Of a stretch of 64,000 bases of DNA, positions 1 through 12,800 are shown one piece after another. Under the pieces are notes generated by a model, which did not search any database, was not told the DNA's origin, and worked only from the letters and a program-made list of their open reading frames with translations. Location of the stretch: assembly GCA_013239625.1 (NCBI GenBank), contig MU054204.1, positions 86,879 through 150,878 on the forward strand, given 5' to 3'. Each line of letters opens with the position of its first letter. Position 1 is the first letter of the stretch. The DNA comes from Lama guanicoe (Eukaryota). A program made the translations under genes and the position numbers.

Positions 1-1009
1 ATACATGTGAAACTCTTAGAATGGTACCTTGCACATAGTAAGCAATTAGTACTTATTATTGTTATTTAAATGGAGGATTCATGGATTGCTTAGACTAACA
101 AGGGCTTTGGAGATAATTCAGGTGGCTGAATCATTGGGAATTTTATTTAGAAAATAAACATTGCCAGCCTCTCTAAGTAATCATTTGCAGGTAGAGACCC
201 TTCTTCCCACTAACTATGTAGATGACTTATCTCCACCCATCCTGAAGCATACCTCCAATTTGCAGCTAAGTTGGGGGAGTCTCTTGGTTGCCAGATATGT
301 GAGATCTTCTCATGCTCACTTTTTCCATGGGTAGGTAAACGAGACATTCAGTATTGATCTATAGGGCTATATCAGAATTACTCAGTGACTTCCTGATAGA
401 TGATTCTAGAAATATTAAGCTAACCAACAGCAACAAAATGGATTTAATAAAAGTAAATCACAATTGGAGAGATTTTACTTTAAAGGAAATAGACAATAAC
501 TGAGGACAAACCATAGCCAAGCCTCTTTTCAAATGGAGCTGGAGGGTAAAATTTTTCAGTTTTGACAAACACTGTAAATTTGTTCTTTTTTTCCCCTTCA
601 TTATCCTGTTGAGTGACCTTGAAGAGAAGATGACAGGCAAAAGTGGGAAAAGAGTTGCATGTTATCTTTCCAAGTTTGGATGGTTGAGGAGGGTTTTTGC
701 AAGGAGTGGAAGGGGCAGTGTTGCCTGTGCTATGTAGCCATTCTGCCCCAGATATGGAGTCACAAAGGAGTAAAGGAGAGAAAATCAGACTTCACTGTCA
801 AAGAGAATGCATGAAAAATGAAGAAATGAAGCCTCTTTAGCTCATATACTTAGGTACTCAGAGACCTGTTTCCACATCTGTAAAAGGAGGTGGTTAGAAT
901 CAGTCCCTTTGGGTTTCAACACTCTCTGCTCCTGGGAGCATCTTCCCCCCAATCCTGTCACTTGCCAAGTTCATAGAGTACTATAAAATACATGTCAACG
1001 CCTGCTACA

Positions 1010-1243
1010 TCACTATGACATAGTGGTTGTATGTGTAGGTTCAAGAGCAAAACTGTCTGCTGCTTACTAACTATAGGCTTTAGGGCACATTATTTAATCT
1101 CCATGTGCCTCAGTTTCCTCATCTGTAAAGTGGAGATAATAGTACCTATCTTGTAGAGTTATAAGGAATATATGGCAATACATAAAATATGCTTTGGACA
1201 GAGCTTGAAATATAGACAAATACTTGATAAATGTTAGCTATTA
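1010..1243 (+). mobile_element. MIR SINE (representative; many more MIR fragments occur across the window)
   Basis: Core motif gtgcctcagtttcctcatctgtaaa and 3' ataaatgttagctatta. Confidence 0.85.
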
Positions 1244-1334
1244 TAAGAGACCTTGCAGGAGTTCCAGCACTGAGTTTATTTTAAGTATTTCCCAAATCCT
1301 GACATTTAGGACCGTCTTCCTTTCAGATATAATA

Positions 1335-1505
1335 ATGGTTCTTAGAGTCTTGTCCCTGAAACTCCTGCATCAGAATCCCTATTGAGGATTTACTTTTAAA
1401 CGCACCTCTCTGGACACTGACTTCCAGTCTTACTGAGTTAGAATCTCTGAGTATGGAACCCAGGAAGCTGCATTTTCAACAGGCCCTCTGAAATTTGAAT
1501 ACTGC
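1335..1505. mobile_element. MER5-like hAT-Charlie MITE
   Basis: tggttctt...gcatcagaatc...cccaggaagctgcattttcaaca...tttgaatactg resembles MER5A. Confidence 0.6.
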
Positions 1506-1607
1506 TTCTTTTTCATTTTTGGTAGCTTAATATAGAGTCCTAAAAAATGGTGTTGAAGCCCTTCCTGCTAACCTTTAACCTCAGGAAAACCACTTAGGAC
1601 CTTCTGT

Positions 1608-1690
1608 CTTTTACTGAAGTATAGTTGATTTACACTGTTTTGTTAGTTTCTGGTGTACAGCAAAGTGATTCAGTTATACATATATATTAA
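1608..1690 (-). mobile_element. Short L1 3' end, inserted into a pseudo-exon
   Basis: tgaagtatagttgatttac...tctggtgtacagcaaagtgattcagttataca; gtctttt is repeated on both sides. Confidence 0.75.
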
Positions 1691-3026
1691 TTAAGCAGTC
1701 AGGTCTTTTACTGTTGGTATGTGTAAGAATCCATCAGGAGGACTGAACTGGACTGGCTCGGCTCAACCCTAACAGAATTCTTAAGATTAGTGGATAGTTA
1801 CTAAAGTACAGCTTATGGTTGGTAGCACCAAAAGTCCAGCAATATTCTTTACACTACTCAATAGGTCATAGAGATGACCACCATGTTAGCATCTTTCTTT
1901 ACAAAAATTTTCAACAGTTCTTTTGCAGAACTCTCCCCCATGGAAATCCCAACAGTGATTTCCTAATGGGACCATGGAATTCACTGTAAATGTTCTTTAG
2001 TTTTAGTGTTACACATGGAAATTTGTGAGAATTCATCGACCCCATAAAGCAAAGTATATGTGTTTTATACCATCAAGGTTTTGAGGAACAAATATAAATA
2101 ATACTGATTCTCTAATCAACCACCCTATTCCCACCAACAGAGAAATCAAATGGCTATGGGTTTACCTTTAACCCATTGGTGAAGATTATTTGAGCCTAAC
2201 TAGCTCCCTGGCAGACATTTGTTAAATTTAAACTATGTTTATTATTTCATTGCCAGTTTTATGCAAGACCAAATCAAAAGAATGAAGATTTAGTCTAACC
2301 ATTTACTCGTTATGTAGTCAGAGTCAATGATCCTAGCAGCCATTTGCTTCTGGATGAACCCCATAAATTTCGATCAAAATCAGACCTTGGGATTTTATTG
2401 GGAGAAAAATAATTGAAAATTGCACCTTGGTGTCTCCATAAGGGACAAGAGTTCAGAGCTTTTAGTCTCAAAACCTCACCCCAAATCTGATGCTTTTCTC
2501 AGCAGTCCTAAGGTCTTTATGGAAAGCAGTTCAGTTCTATGATCCTATGGTTATGTCCTGAGCCCTGAGATGATTTCAAGCATGCTGAAATTTCTGAGAA
2601 ATTCAAAACAGGCCTTACTTTTCCAGGTCTAGTTTTCAGCTTTCTGAACCCCTGGGCATCTCTAGAGTAACCAAATTTCTGATTGAGTCTCAAGGCCCCT
2701 GCAAAAATCAATTTGACAGGCCTCACATGTCTAGATTCTTAGAGACTTCCATGATTTTATAACATCTTTTCTTCTACATAGTTTCAAATTGACTGATTTG
2801 GCTCCAAGAGCTTTCCACATTTTTATTGTGACTGCCTTTAACATTGGCAGTACATATAGAATTTATTAAGCATGTGCACTGTATTGGCATAAAAGACACA
2901 GTCCTGTTTTCCGGAATTCAGGTTCTTAAGAATTACATATACCTGCTTAAGCTCCTACCCCTCCGAAATTCTGTTCCAGGAAACTTTTTGTTACATTGTT
3001 TTAAATTTTTATTGGAATTAAAAAAA

Positions 3027-3144
3027 TTGGGGGGGTAATTAGGTTTATTTATTTATTTATTTATTTGGTGGAGATGCTGGGGATTGAGCCCAGGACCTCA
3101 TGCATGCTAGGCATGCACTCTACCATTGAGCTATACCCTCCCCC
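3027..3144 (-). mobile_element. tRNA-Ala-derived SINE (camelid vic-1-like)
   Basis: Reverse complement gggggagggtatagctcaatggtagagtgcatgcctagcatgcatgaggtcctgggctcaatccccagcatctcca, then (TAAA)n and cctaattacccc tail. Confidence 0.85.
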
Positions 3145-3151
3145 TCTGGAA

Positions 3152-4060
3152 TGGTTTTTGTAACAGTTTTTTTGAGATATGTCACATACCATACAATTCA
3201 CCCATTTACAGTGAACAGTTCAATGTTTTTCAGTTTTTTTCAGAGTTGTACAACCATTGGCACAATCAATTTTAGAATATTTCCATCACCACATAAAAAA
3301 ACCCCATACCTATTATCAGCCACTCCACATTTTCCCTACTTTCCAGTTGCTGGAAGTGTCTACTAACCCATTTTCTGTCCTTATTGATTGGCTTATTCTG
3401 GATATTTCATATGAGTGAAGTCATATGTGGCCTTTTGTGACTGGCTTCTTTCAGTTAGTGTAATGTTTTCAAGGTCCAGGCATGTTGTAGTATCTGTCAG
3501 TATATCATTCATTTTTATGGCAAAATATTTGATTGTATGGATGTACACATTTTATTTAACATTCATCAGTTGAGGAATCCATCTTTAGGATACTTTGAAT
3601 AATGCTGCTATTAACATTTGAGTATAAGTTTTTGTGTGGACATATACTTTTATTTCTCTTGAGTATATACCTAGGACTGGAATTGCTGAACCATATGATA
3701 ATTATAGATTTAATTTTTTGAGGGACCACCAGACTGCTTTTCCATGTTTGGAAACATGCTAAGTGAAAGAAGTCAGTCAAAAATCCAACCAAAAGAAATA
3801 CAAAAGACCAGATATCGTATGATTTCATTTATGTGAAATGTTCAGAATAGGCAAATTTATAGAGACAGAAAGTCAATTAGTGATGGCCTAAGGCTGATGG
3901 GGATGTGGGTTTGGGAGGGTAGGGTTATGAATAGTCTAAAATTGATAGTCTTGATGGTTGCACACTATGTATATACTAAAACCCTGAATTGTACACTTTA
4001 AGTCAGTAAATTGTACAGTTTATGAATTATATATCAATAAAGCTTTTACAAATAAAAAAC
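3152..4060. mobile_element. Two L1MB-type 3' ends in opposite orientation (minus ~3152-3745, plus ~3752-4060)
   Basis: Typical L1MB 3' UTR sequence, ending in tatcaataaagc on the plus copy. Confidence 0.8.
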
Positions 4061-4138
4061 CCATTTAGGGATGTGCTAGATGGACCAGGTGTTCCCCAAA
4101 CCAACCAGGAATAGTAATACTGGATTTCTAGCTCTTAG

Positions 4139-4262
4139 CAGGGCTGCAATGTATGATTTTTCAAACTGTGTACTCTACGACTCCAAGAAACACCATTATA
4201 TAGACTACAATGTCAATGGTGCCCCTGAAGTCTTGTAGTACATAAGTATAATATGCACAGCC
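4139..4262. mobile_element. MER91-like palindromic hAT MITE
   Basis: cagggc...actccaagaaacaccatt...tagactac...aatggtgcccctgaagt...cagcc internal palindrome. Confidence 0.7.
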
Positions 4263-4599
4263 TTAAGCCTCTGGCTCATAGGAGAAGAATTCTGAAGCTG
4301 TTGGTTATGAATGACCAAGGTTCATTCCCAAGGATTTAGAAAGAAGCTAGCTTTCAAGGAAAGGGTACAAAAGGTAATTTTCCTCATACAGTCCTTTAAT
4401 TCAGCATTCAAGCAAACATTGTGTTCCCCATCTTTTATTCCTTCTATCCAAGTGGATTTTTCCTTCAATTTAAATAACTTACAACTAACACTGTAAATAA
4501 GTTTATGCATAATCCTCCACCCTGAACACAATTGTTTTTATATCTCTAGACTTTCTTCCAATTTTTATTCATATGTACACATGCTTTTAAAAAAATCAA

Positions 4600-5730
4600 G
4601 ACAACTTTTTAGAGCAGTTTTAGGTTCACAGCGACATTGAGGGAAATGAAGAGATTTCCCATATACCCCCTGCCCCCACACATGCATACCCTCCCCCATT
4701 GTCATCAGCATCCCTCACCAGAGTGGTACGTTGTTAAAATTGACACATCACAGTCACCCAAATTCTGTAGTTTACATTACGGGTCACTCTTGGTGTTGTA
4801 CATTCTATGTGTTTGGACAAATGTTTAAGGACAGGTATCCATCATTACAATATTATACAAAGTATTTTAACTGCCCTAAAAATTCTCTGTGCTTCACCTA
4901 TTCATTCTTCTCCCACAACCCCTGGAAACCACTGATTTTTTTTAACTTTATCCATAGTGTTGCCTTTTCCAGAATGTCATATAGTGGGAATCATACAGTA
5001 TGTAGCTTTTTCAGATTGGCTTCTTTTACTTAGTAATATGCATTCCTCCATGTGTTTTCATGACTTGATCACTCAAAGCTCATTTATTTTTAGCACTGAA
5101 TAATAATTATCTGGATGTACCACAGTTATTTATTCATTCACCTACTGAAGGTCATCTTGGTTGTTTCCAAGTTTTGGCAATTATGAATAAAGCCACTATA
5201 AACATCAGTGTGTAGATTTTTGTGTGGACATAAGTTTTCAACTCCTTTGGGTAAATACCAAGGAGTATAATTGTTGGATCCTACAGTAAGAGTATGCTTA
5301 GTTCTGTAAGAAACTGCCAAACTGCCTTCCAAAGTGACTGTATCATTTTGCATTCCCACCAGCAATGAATAAGGCTTCCTGTTGCTCCACATCCTCGCGA
5401 GCATTTGGTGTTGTCAGTGTTCTGGAGTTTGGCCATTCTAATAGATGTGAAGTGTCTCGTTTTAATTTGCATTTCCCTGATGACATATGATGTGGGACAT
5501 CTTTCATATGCTTATGTGCCATCTGTATATCTTCTTATGTGAGGTGTCTATTAAGGTCTTTGTCTTTTTTTAATTGTGTTGTTTGTTTTCTTATTGTTTT
5601 GTTTTAAGAGTTCTTTGTGTATTTTGAATAACAGTGCTTATTCAGATATGTCTTTTGCAAATATTTTCTCCTAGCCTGTGATTTGTCTTCTCATTATCTT
5701 GACATTATCTTTCACAGAGCAGAAGTTTTT
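4600..5730 (-). mobile_element. L1MC-type LINE fragment (end of ORF2 and 3' UTR)
   Basis: tttttagagcagttttaggttcacagc 3' end; ORF2 remnants MQIKT..HFTSIRMAK and LLVGMQN. Confidence 0.85.
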
Positions 5731-6834
5731 GCCATGTCGTCCGTCACAAGCAAACACAGGGACCCCATGAGATCTGGAAACAGTGTCATGATGTGACAGT
5801 AAGATTAGAGAAAGAGCACTGGATAAACAAAGAAAAAGCACTGACGTTACTGAGCTATCAGTGTCTGCCACACCCTTCACATTCATTGACTCTTCAACAC
5901 AACCCTGTGAGGTGGGTCCTATTTTTTCCACACCTTTTACAAATGAAGAAAATGAATTGTATAGAGGCGAAATAATTTGTCTAAGGTCAAAAGGTAAGTG
6001 CAAGAACAGGGATTCAAACCCAGGCTTGACTGACTTCAAAGTCCTACATTTTCTATGGTAGCATTATGATATCATAATTCTGCTCTCATAAGAGTGGCAT
6101 CCTAATTCTGACCAAGGGGCTTAGAGACCATGAGCAATATCTTTCTCTTAGGGCCTGAAGTTCCTCATCTATATAATGAGGGAGTTGGACATAGAGTTGG
6201 GTCTCTAAGTGCCCTTTCTTTCTGATCTCATTTGATTATCACATCATCCTGTGAAATAAGTTGAGCAAATATTATCTCCATTTTATAAATGAAAAAAAAT
6301 TGAAGTTCAGAGAGGTTTTGCGTCTTGTGTGCAGTCACATAACGAGTTTCTGGGAGTCAGACTGAACCCATGTTTCTGAATTTCTAGACTGAAGCATCAC
6401 AGGCTACTGGCCAAGGTCATGTCACACTCTATTTCTTTTTCTCATTATGGGAAAATTCCCTGTCCCCACAAGCCAGGGCTCACATTAGTAAAATTTTTGC
6501 ACACTAGACTTTGATTTGAAATCCTTGCATATTTTCTCTGAATCTGAATAGATCATCAGTTAGAGGTTCATTCTTGTTCCAGGGATGGAATAACCCATTA
6601 CTCACACCTTTTTCCAAAGGGTTTTGATGGGAAGAAGTGATATTTAAAATGCAAGAGCCTACCATGTATACTATATCCTGGGCATTATTTGCGCAGTTCC
6701 TGAGCTTGCCTGATAATCACAATCCCTGGAGAACTTGTTAAAAACACAGATTCCTATAATCCACTGAGAGCTGCTGATTTGGAATAAGAATATGAATTTT
6801 TAATAAGTTCTCACACACAGTGGACCTTCACCAT

Positions 6835-6945
6835 GAGCTAGGGTTGATTTTTAATCAGTATGGCTGACTAGTTGGTTTTTGGCCAGTGTACATTCTGATT
6901 GGTCAGAGCACATGCCATACCAGTTGTTAAATATTCTGAATACAA
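6835..6945. mobile_element. MER53-like DNA transposon fragment
   Basis: ttctgattggtcagagcacatgccataccagttgttaaatatt. Confidence 0.5.
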
Positions 6946-7118
6946 TCAGCAAGGTAGGGGTCAATATGTTCATTTGACAGAACAGGTACTAAGGTCCTAG
7001 GAGGCTCAATAGTTTGCAGAGATGTTAATAAGGTGGGAAGGAGGTAGGTGAAAGTGGCATGTTCATTTTTCTACACTGCTACATGCGGTCACTGTCAAAG
7101 AGAGGAGACCACAGAGTG

Positions 7119-7384
7119 TGCATCAGGATTCTCCAGAGAAGCAGCCAATAGGAAATATATAAATAAAGAGATTTATTTTAAGGAATTGCCTTATGTGGAT
7201 ATGGGGACTGGCAAATTCAAAATCTATAGGACAACAAGCTAAAAACTCAGACGAGATTTTTATGTTACAGTCTTGAGGCAGAATTCCCTCTTTCCCAGGA
7301 AACCTCAGTTTTTGCTTTTAAGGCTTGGATCAGGTCCAAGTACATTATTAAGGGTGATTTCTTCCACTTAAAGTCAACTGATTT
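7119..7384 (-). mobile_element. MLT2 (ERVL) LTR, 3' part
   Basis: tgcatcaggattctccagagaagcagccaatagga...gagatttattttaaggaattg...cttaaagtcaactgatt. Confidence 0.85.
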
Positions 7385-7385
7385 C

Positions 7386-8250
7386 ACGGGAGAAAGAAGA
7401 ACAAAGCTGTAGGCTTCTCACTCCTTGATTTCAAACTGTACTGCAAATCTATAGTAATCAAAACAGTGTGGTATTGGCATAAAAACATATAGACCAATAG
7501 AGGACCCAGAAATAAACCCATGCATATATGTTTAATTAATTTACAACAAAGGATCCAAGAACACACAATGGAGAAATACAGTCTTTACAATAACTGGGGT
7601 TGGGGAAACTGGACGACCACATGCAAAAGAATGAAACTAGACCCCTATCTTACACCATACACAAAAATTAACTAAAAAAAGTCTTTAGATTTGAATGTAA
7701 GACCTGAAACTATAAAATTCCTAGAAGAAAACATTGGTGCTAAGCTCCTTGACATTGGTCTTGGTGATGATTTTTTGAATCTCATGCCAAAAGAAAAGGC
7801 AACAAAACCAAAATAAACAAGTGTGACTGCATCAAACAGAAAAGCTTTTCCACAGGAAAGGAAATTATTAACAAAATTGAAAGGCAACCTACTAAATGGG
7901 AGAAAATATCTGCAAATCGTTTATCTGATAAGGGATTAATATCCAAAATATATCAAGAACTTATACAACTCAGTAGGAAAAACAAAAAACAAAAAAACAA
8001 ACAAAAAAATCAATCCAAATGAAAAATCAGCAGAGTACCAGAATAAACATTTTTCCAAATAAGACATACAGATGACCAATAGGTATATAAGAAGATGTTC
8101 AATATCACTAACCATCAGGGAAATGCAAATCAAAACCACAATGAGATACCACTTCACATCTGTCAGAATGGCTGCTATCAAAAAGACAAAAAATAACAAG
8201 TGTTGGTGAGGATGTGGAGAAAAGGGGACCCTTGTGCACTGTTAGTGGGA
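7386..8250 (+). mobile_element. L1 ORF2 fragment, ending abruptly at the left inversion breakpoint
   Basis: aagaacaaagctgtaggc...gaaatgcaaatcaaaaccacaatgagataccac...cttgtgcactgttagtggga. Confidence 0.9.
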
Positions 8251-8254
8251 AGAT

Positions 8255-8622
8255 AAAAAGGGGAAGGAGTTAGTGCTGTGCTCCCTCCAAGCAGTAAGCG
8301 TTACCTTTCTTGATCTTTGAGACAGTACTAGAGGATTTCTCCTGGAGTTCTCTGTCTATCCCACCATGCCCACTTCTATGTTTCAGGCTATGTTAAGACT
8401 GGGGGATACCAAAGATTTAAAAAAATGGTTAAAAAAAGGTAAACTCACTACTGATAAGAGGGTAATTCTACTTTTGTATTCTTTCCTTCTCTGTCTTGCT
8501 GCTGTTTACTTTTCAGAGACCTCAAATAGCTGCCCATGCATTCTGTCTGGTTTTATGATTGTATTCAATGGGACAGACAGGGTGAAGCATGTTCACTCCA
8601 TCTTACCCAGAACTAGAACTCT
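8255..8622 (-). mobile_element. Old L1M 5'-end fragment
   Basis: cactccatcttacccagaactagaa and ttttcagagacctcaaatagctgcccatgcattctgtctgg resemble an L1M 5' UTR on the minus strand. Confidence 0.6.
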
Positions 8623-8736
8623 TGCAATAGATTCTTTAATTTTCTCTCTGCTTCTATTCTAGCCCTTCTTACAAACCATTCTGTACACATCAACTGGAGC
8701 GGTCCTTAAAACCCTCAATAAGAGTACCTCACTCCC

Positions 8737-9000
8737 GATCTGCAAACAGTAACTATTTTATATAAAATAGATTAAAAAAACAAGTTTCTTCTGTATAGCA
8801 CAGGGAACTCTATTCAATATCTTGTAGTAACCTATAATGAAAAAGAACATGAAAACATATATACATATGTATATGTATGACTGAAACATTATGCTGTACA
8901 CCAGAAATTGACACATTGTAACTGACTATACTTCAATAAAAAATAAAAATAAAAAATAAAATGTCAGAAAATACAGATTTGGAACAATTTGTTAAAAAAA
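8737..9000 (+). mobile_element. 5'-truncated L1 with TSD and possible 3' transduction
   Basis: tatagcacagggaac...tgtacaccagaaattgacac...caataaa; TSD aaga(g/t)tacctca(c/t)tccc at 8720-8736 and 9001-9017. Confidence 0.85.
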
Positions 9001-9065
9001 AAGATTACCTCATTCCCTTGCTTAAAACTGAGTGGGATTCCTGTTTACTTAAAATAAAACTGAAT

Positions 9066-9248
9066 GCTATGAGTTTCTCATTTCTGTGGTATCCTGCTTC
9101 TTTTCTATTTAGAGTAGACCTTTCAGTATTTCTTTTAGCATGGGTTTAGTGTTGCTAAACTCTTCTAGTTTTTGCTTGTCTGTGACACAACATTGTAAAA
9201 TGACTATAACTCAATAAAAAATGTTAAAAAAACCCAAAAAATAAAAAT
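9066..9248 (+). mobile_element. Very short 5'-inverted young L1
   Basis: Perfect 15-bp TSD aaaataaaactgaat (9051-9065, 9249-9263); an antisense L1 segment is followed by the sense 3' end and poly(A). Confidence 0.8.
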
Positions 9249-9867
9249 AAAATAAAACTGAATCGTTATGATGGCCTACAAAACTCTACATGGTCTCACC
9301 TTTGCATCTCTCTCCAAAATAACATCATATCCCTCGCTTACACCATTCCAGTCCCACACATTTTCTTTGTGTTCTTACTGCATGGTGAAATCAGTTCCTC
9401 TTTAGAGATTTGCATTTGTTGTTGTGTTCTTCTGGGATGCTCTTCTTCAATATCTTTGCACAGCTGATCACTTTCATCTTACTTAGGTCTCAGCTCCAAT
9501 GCCATCCTCTCAGATAGTCCTTTTAGACCATTTAATCTAAAGTAGCCTAACCCTTTGCATCACTTATATTATCTTCAGAATGCTACAGCTTCTTAAAAGA
9601 ATCTAATACATGTATTTGTTCACTTGTTTATTTTCTGTTTTCCATGGAAATTTCAGTTTTCAGAGGGCAGGAAGTTCTCTTAGTCTTTCTTGTTCACTGC
9701 TGTATCTCAGTGTACATAGAATAGCTCTTTATGCAAGGTAGATTCTAAAAATAATTTGTTCAATAAATGAATATCTTTTCTATCTTATTTCTATGCACAC
9801 ATTTTAAAACCATAAAACTTTTTTGTAATGGCTATGTTTAGTAGGGCTTAATATTCTGTTTCATTAA

Positions 9868-12800
9868 ATGTATTTCAACAACATCACCTCAAGAGTTGCT
9901 TCATTACACTGGGTGCTTTTGTGTGAAGCAGGGTAACAGTTTGCATTCAGCCATCCTATGGTATCCAATTTGCTTTGTGCTGGAATTATAATATAGTCTT
10001 TGTTCATCTCATCATCTTCTCATCCTTCTGTTTCTTTTTTGTTTGTTTCTTTTTTTTCTGTTTCTTTTAAGATTCTAGATGTCTTTTCATAAAACGTTTC
10101 TTCACTGCCATCATGTTTATTAGATGACTTGATTATTTTTTTCCCTACCCCTCAGCAATGTAAGCTTCAGAATTGCTATTTTGTTCACTGCTCCATCCCT
10201 AATTTCCAGAATAGCACTCTATCAATATTTGTTGAATGAATACATCATATTTAATTTCTTCAATTGCCTCATTGGTAAAACAGGGATGGTAATACCTATG
10301 TCACTGAATCTTAGGGAGAATGATAGTGCTGTATCAGAATGTGGATGCTAGAGGACATATGAGATGCTATGACTAGCTAAGGGTCTGGATGCTACACAGC
10401 TTCCATGGCAATGCTAATTCAAATCTGTGTTTCAGCAAAATTGCACATTCTAACCTGAAGTCGAATGTTGGCATCATGCTTACATAGTTAAAACGGCAAA
10501 TGTTAAATCCCAAAGTGTTAGGTTTCAACTCCGTAGGAAGACAGTGAATCCCCTAAAGAATTTTATATGCTGGGAAATGGGGGTGAAATAGATTATGAAA
10601 CACCTAACTTCTAAAATCAGGGAATTTCAGAACTTAGGCTTGATGTAGTGGGCAATGGGAAATTTTTTCAATTTCTGAGCAGGGGGGCCATGTTCTAACA
10701 ATGGTGCTTGCATGTGACTCATTTTCGCTGCCAAAGAAGATCCACTGTTCCATGCTGTTGATTTTGATGGTGATTTTGGTCTGGTAAATGGGAAGAGTAG
10801 GTCCTTTGTGGGGCCTTCAGTATTGGCAAAACCTTCCCAGCAGCAGTGTTTGAGGGGAGTGGAAGAGACTACCTATGAGGGACTTTTTTGTAGCTGTGTT
10901 TTTTGTTCAAATTTAGAATATTTTGTTATGTTTCCTGGTATGTAAAATGCCAGCAATTTAAAGGCGGTAGGTGTTCTAAGTCCCCTCCCCTGCATACATA
11001 TTCCTTGAGGCTACCTCAGCTTGGGTAGCTCTTTGCTTTTCACTCAATAATTACCTTTCTCAGTATGCTGCAGAGAGCTTGGAAAGTACTGATGTCTCAT
11101 TCAGTGATTCATCCTATTTATTGCCTAATTTAGAAGGACAGTGAAAGCACTCATAATTACTTTGTGATTTTCCACATTGACAGCTTAGCTAAGATATGGC
11201 AAGTCCCAAAGTAATTCAAAATACTTTCAAGCTCTCTGCAGCCTGGCAGAGTGCGTGCCTAGAAAGAGAGAACATTACAGGGATCCAACCTTAACACTAG
11301 ATTCTCCAACAGTCTCTGCTGTCATTCCTCTCCCAAGCTAAAAGCCATAAGGAGACTTCCTTCATCTTCTGCCTCCATTTGAATTGACTTGTTAGTAAGA
11401 TGGCCGCCTTACGTGTAAGGTCTAGATGATCTCATCTTTTTTATTGAAGTATAGTCGGTTTACAATGTTGTGTTAATTTCTGGTGTACAGCATAGTGATT
11501 CAGATATATAGATATATATAGGTTACTACATCATTATAGGTTACTACAAGATATTGAATGTAGTCCCCTGTGCTATACAGTATGATCTTGTTGCTTATCT
11601 ATTATATGTATATTAGTATCTGTAAATCTCGATCTCCCAATTTATCCCTTCCCACCCTCTTTACACCCTGGTAACCATAAGTTTGTTTTCTGTGCCTGTG
11701 AGTCTGTTTGTGTTTTATAAATAATTTCATTTGTGTCCTTTTTTTCAGATTCCACATGTAAGTGGCATTATATGGCATTTTTCTTTCTTTTTCTGGCTTA
11801 CTCCACTTAGTATGATAATCTCCAGGTCCATCCATGTTACTGCAAATAGAATTTTTATGGCTGAGTAGTATTCCATTATATAAATATACCACAACTTCTT
11901 TACCCAGTCATCTATGGATGGACATTTAGGTTATTTCCATGTATTAGCTATTGTATATAGTGCTGCTGTGAACATTGGCATGCATGTGTCTTTTTGAATT
12001 ATATTTTTCTCTAGATATATGCCCAGGAGTGGGATTGCTGGATCCTATGGTAAGTTTATTTTTAGTTTTTAAAGGAAACTCCATACTGTTCTCATACATG
12101 ACTCCTCTTTTGAAATGCAAACTCTGTATAAGCTAGGAGTTAAGCCATTTGAAGCCAGGGTTATCTTGGGATGCATTCACGTGGGAGAGTGAACAAAACA
12201 TGGGCTCAAAGTCCCACATATCTGGGTTTGAATCCCTTCTCTACTGGTTAGTAACTGTATGGCTTTGGGAAAGTCCCTTTAACTCTTTGGGCTTCAGTTT
12301 CCTGAGGACAGTGTTGCTTGATTCCTAGGGCTTTGGTATGGAGAGAAACAGAGAAGAGAGGAGAAGGCCAGTTTATATGGGTAACTATTGTGTGGCCAGC
12401 TTTGAAGTCTCCAGAATTTCTCTGTAAGAGGTTGGTAATGGAGTGAAAAGAGCAGAAGAGGGTAATCACAGGCAAGGGGACTTGCTTATTCTGTTTTAAT
12501 GTGGCATCATACTGTTTTTACTCATGTGGTATATTTATTGGGGGTAGCTAATGCTGATGTGGAGGAGAGGGGCTAAAGCCCTCCAAGTTGGAGGTGCTGT
12601 CACTGGAGCTCAAGAACAAGCCAATATTAAAAGAGGTCTTGACTACAAATTTGCTGACTTCACATTATTGTAGAGGGCTCTACCTAGGATGCTGCTGCTG
12701 CTACCGGTGCTCATAATAACAGCAACAACAGCAGCAACAACAATAACAAAAAAAAAACCCAGCTAACATTTATACAGTAATTATTATGTGAATGGTATTG

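Larger units (their letters stand above)
253..4350 (-). pseudogene. 3' block of the same pseudogene
   Basis: AG/GT-bounded segments 2698-2619, 2557-2480, 2385-2307, 2207-2166, ~2080-1573 (interrupted by an L1 3' end), 617-479 (VTQQDNEGEKKNKFTVFVKTEKFYPPAPFEKRLGYGLSSVIVYFL*) and 405-253 (IIYQEVTE*F*YSPIDQY*MSRLPTHG...AANW), plus a strong acceptor at 4350. Many stops; reading frame is ambiguous in places. Confidence 0.55.

Noticed and set aside
2190..2240. Weak plus-strand resemblance to the hAT transposase LAYLADIF motif
   Set aside because: It needs frameshifts, and the region is better explained by minus-strand pseudo-exons.
2727..2878. Further pseudo-exon candidates (also ~4440-4490, ~6530-6625, ~21240-21280)
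   Set aside because: Splice sites or frame are too ambiguous to place without a homolog.
3065..3140. tRNA-Ala(AGC)-like sequence ending in CCACCA
   Set aside because: It has the SINE-specific tail and three related dispersed copies in this window, so it is a SINE rather than a tRNA gene.
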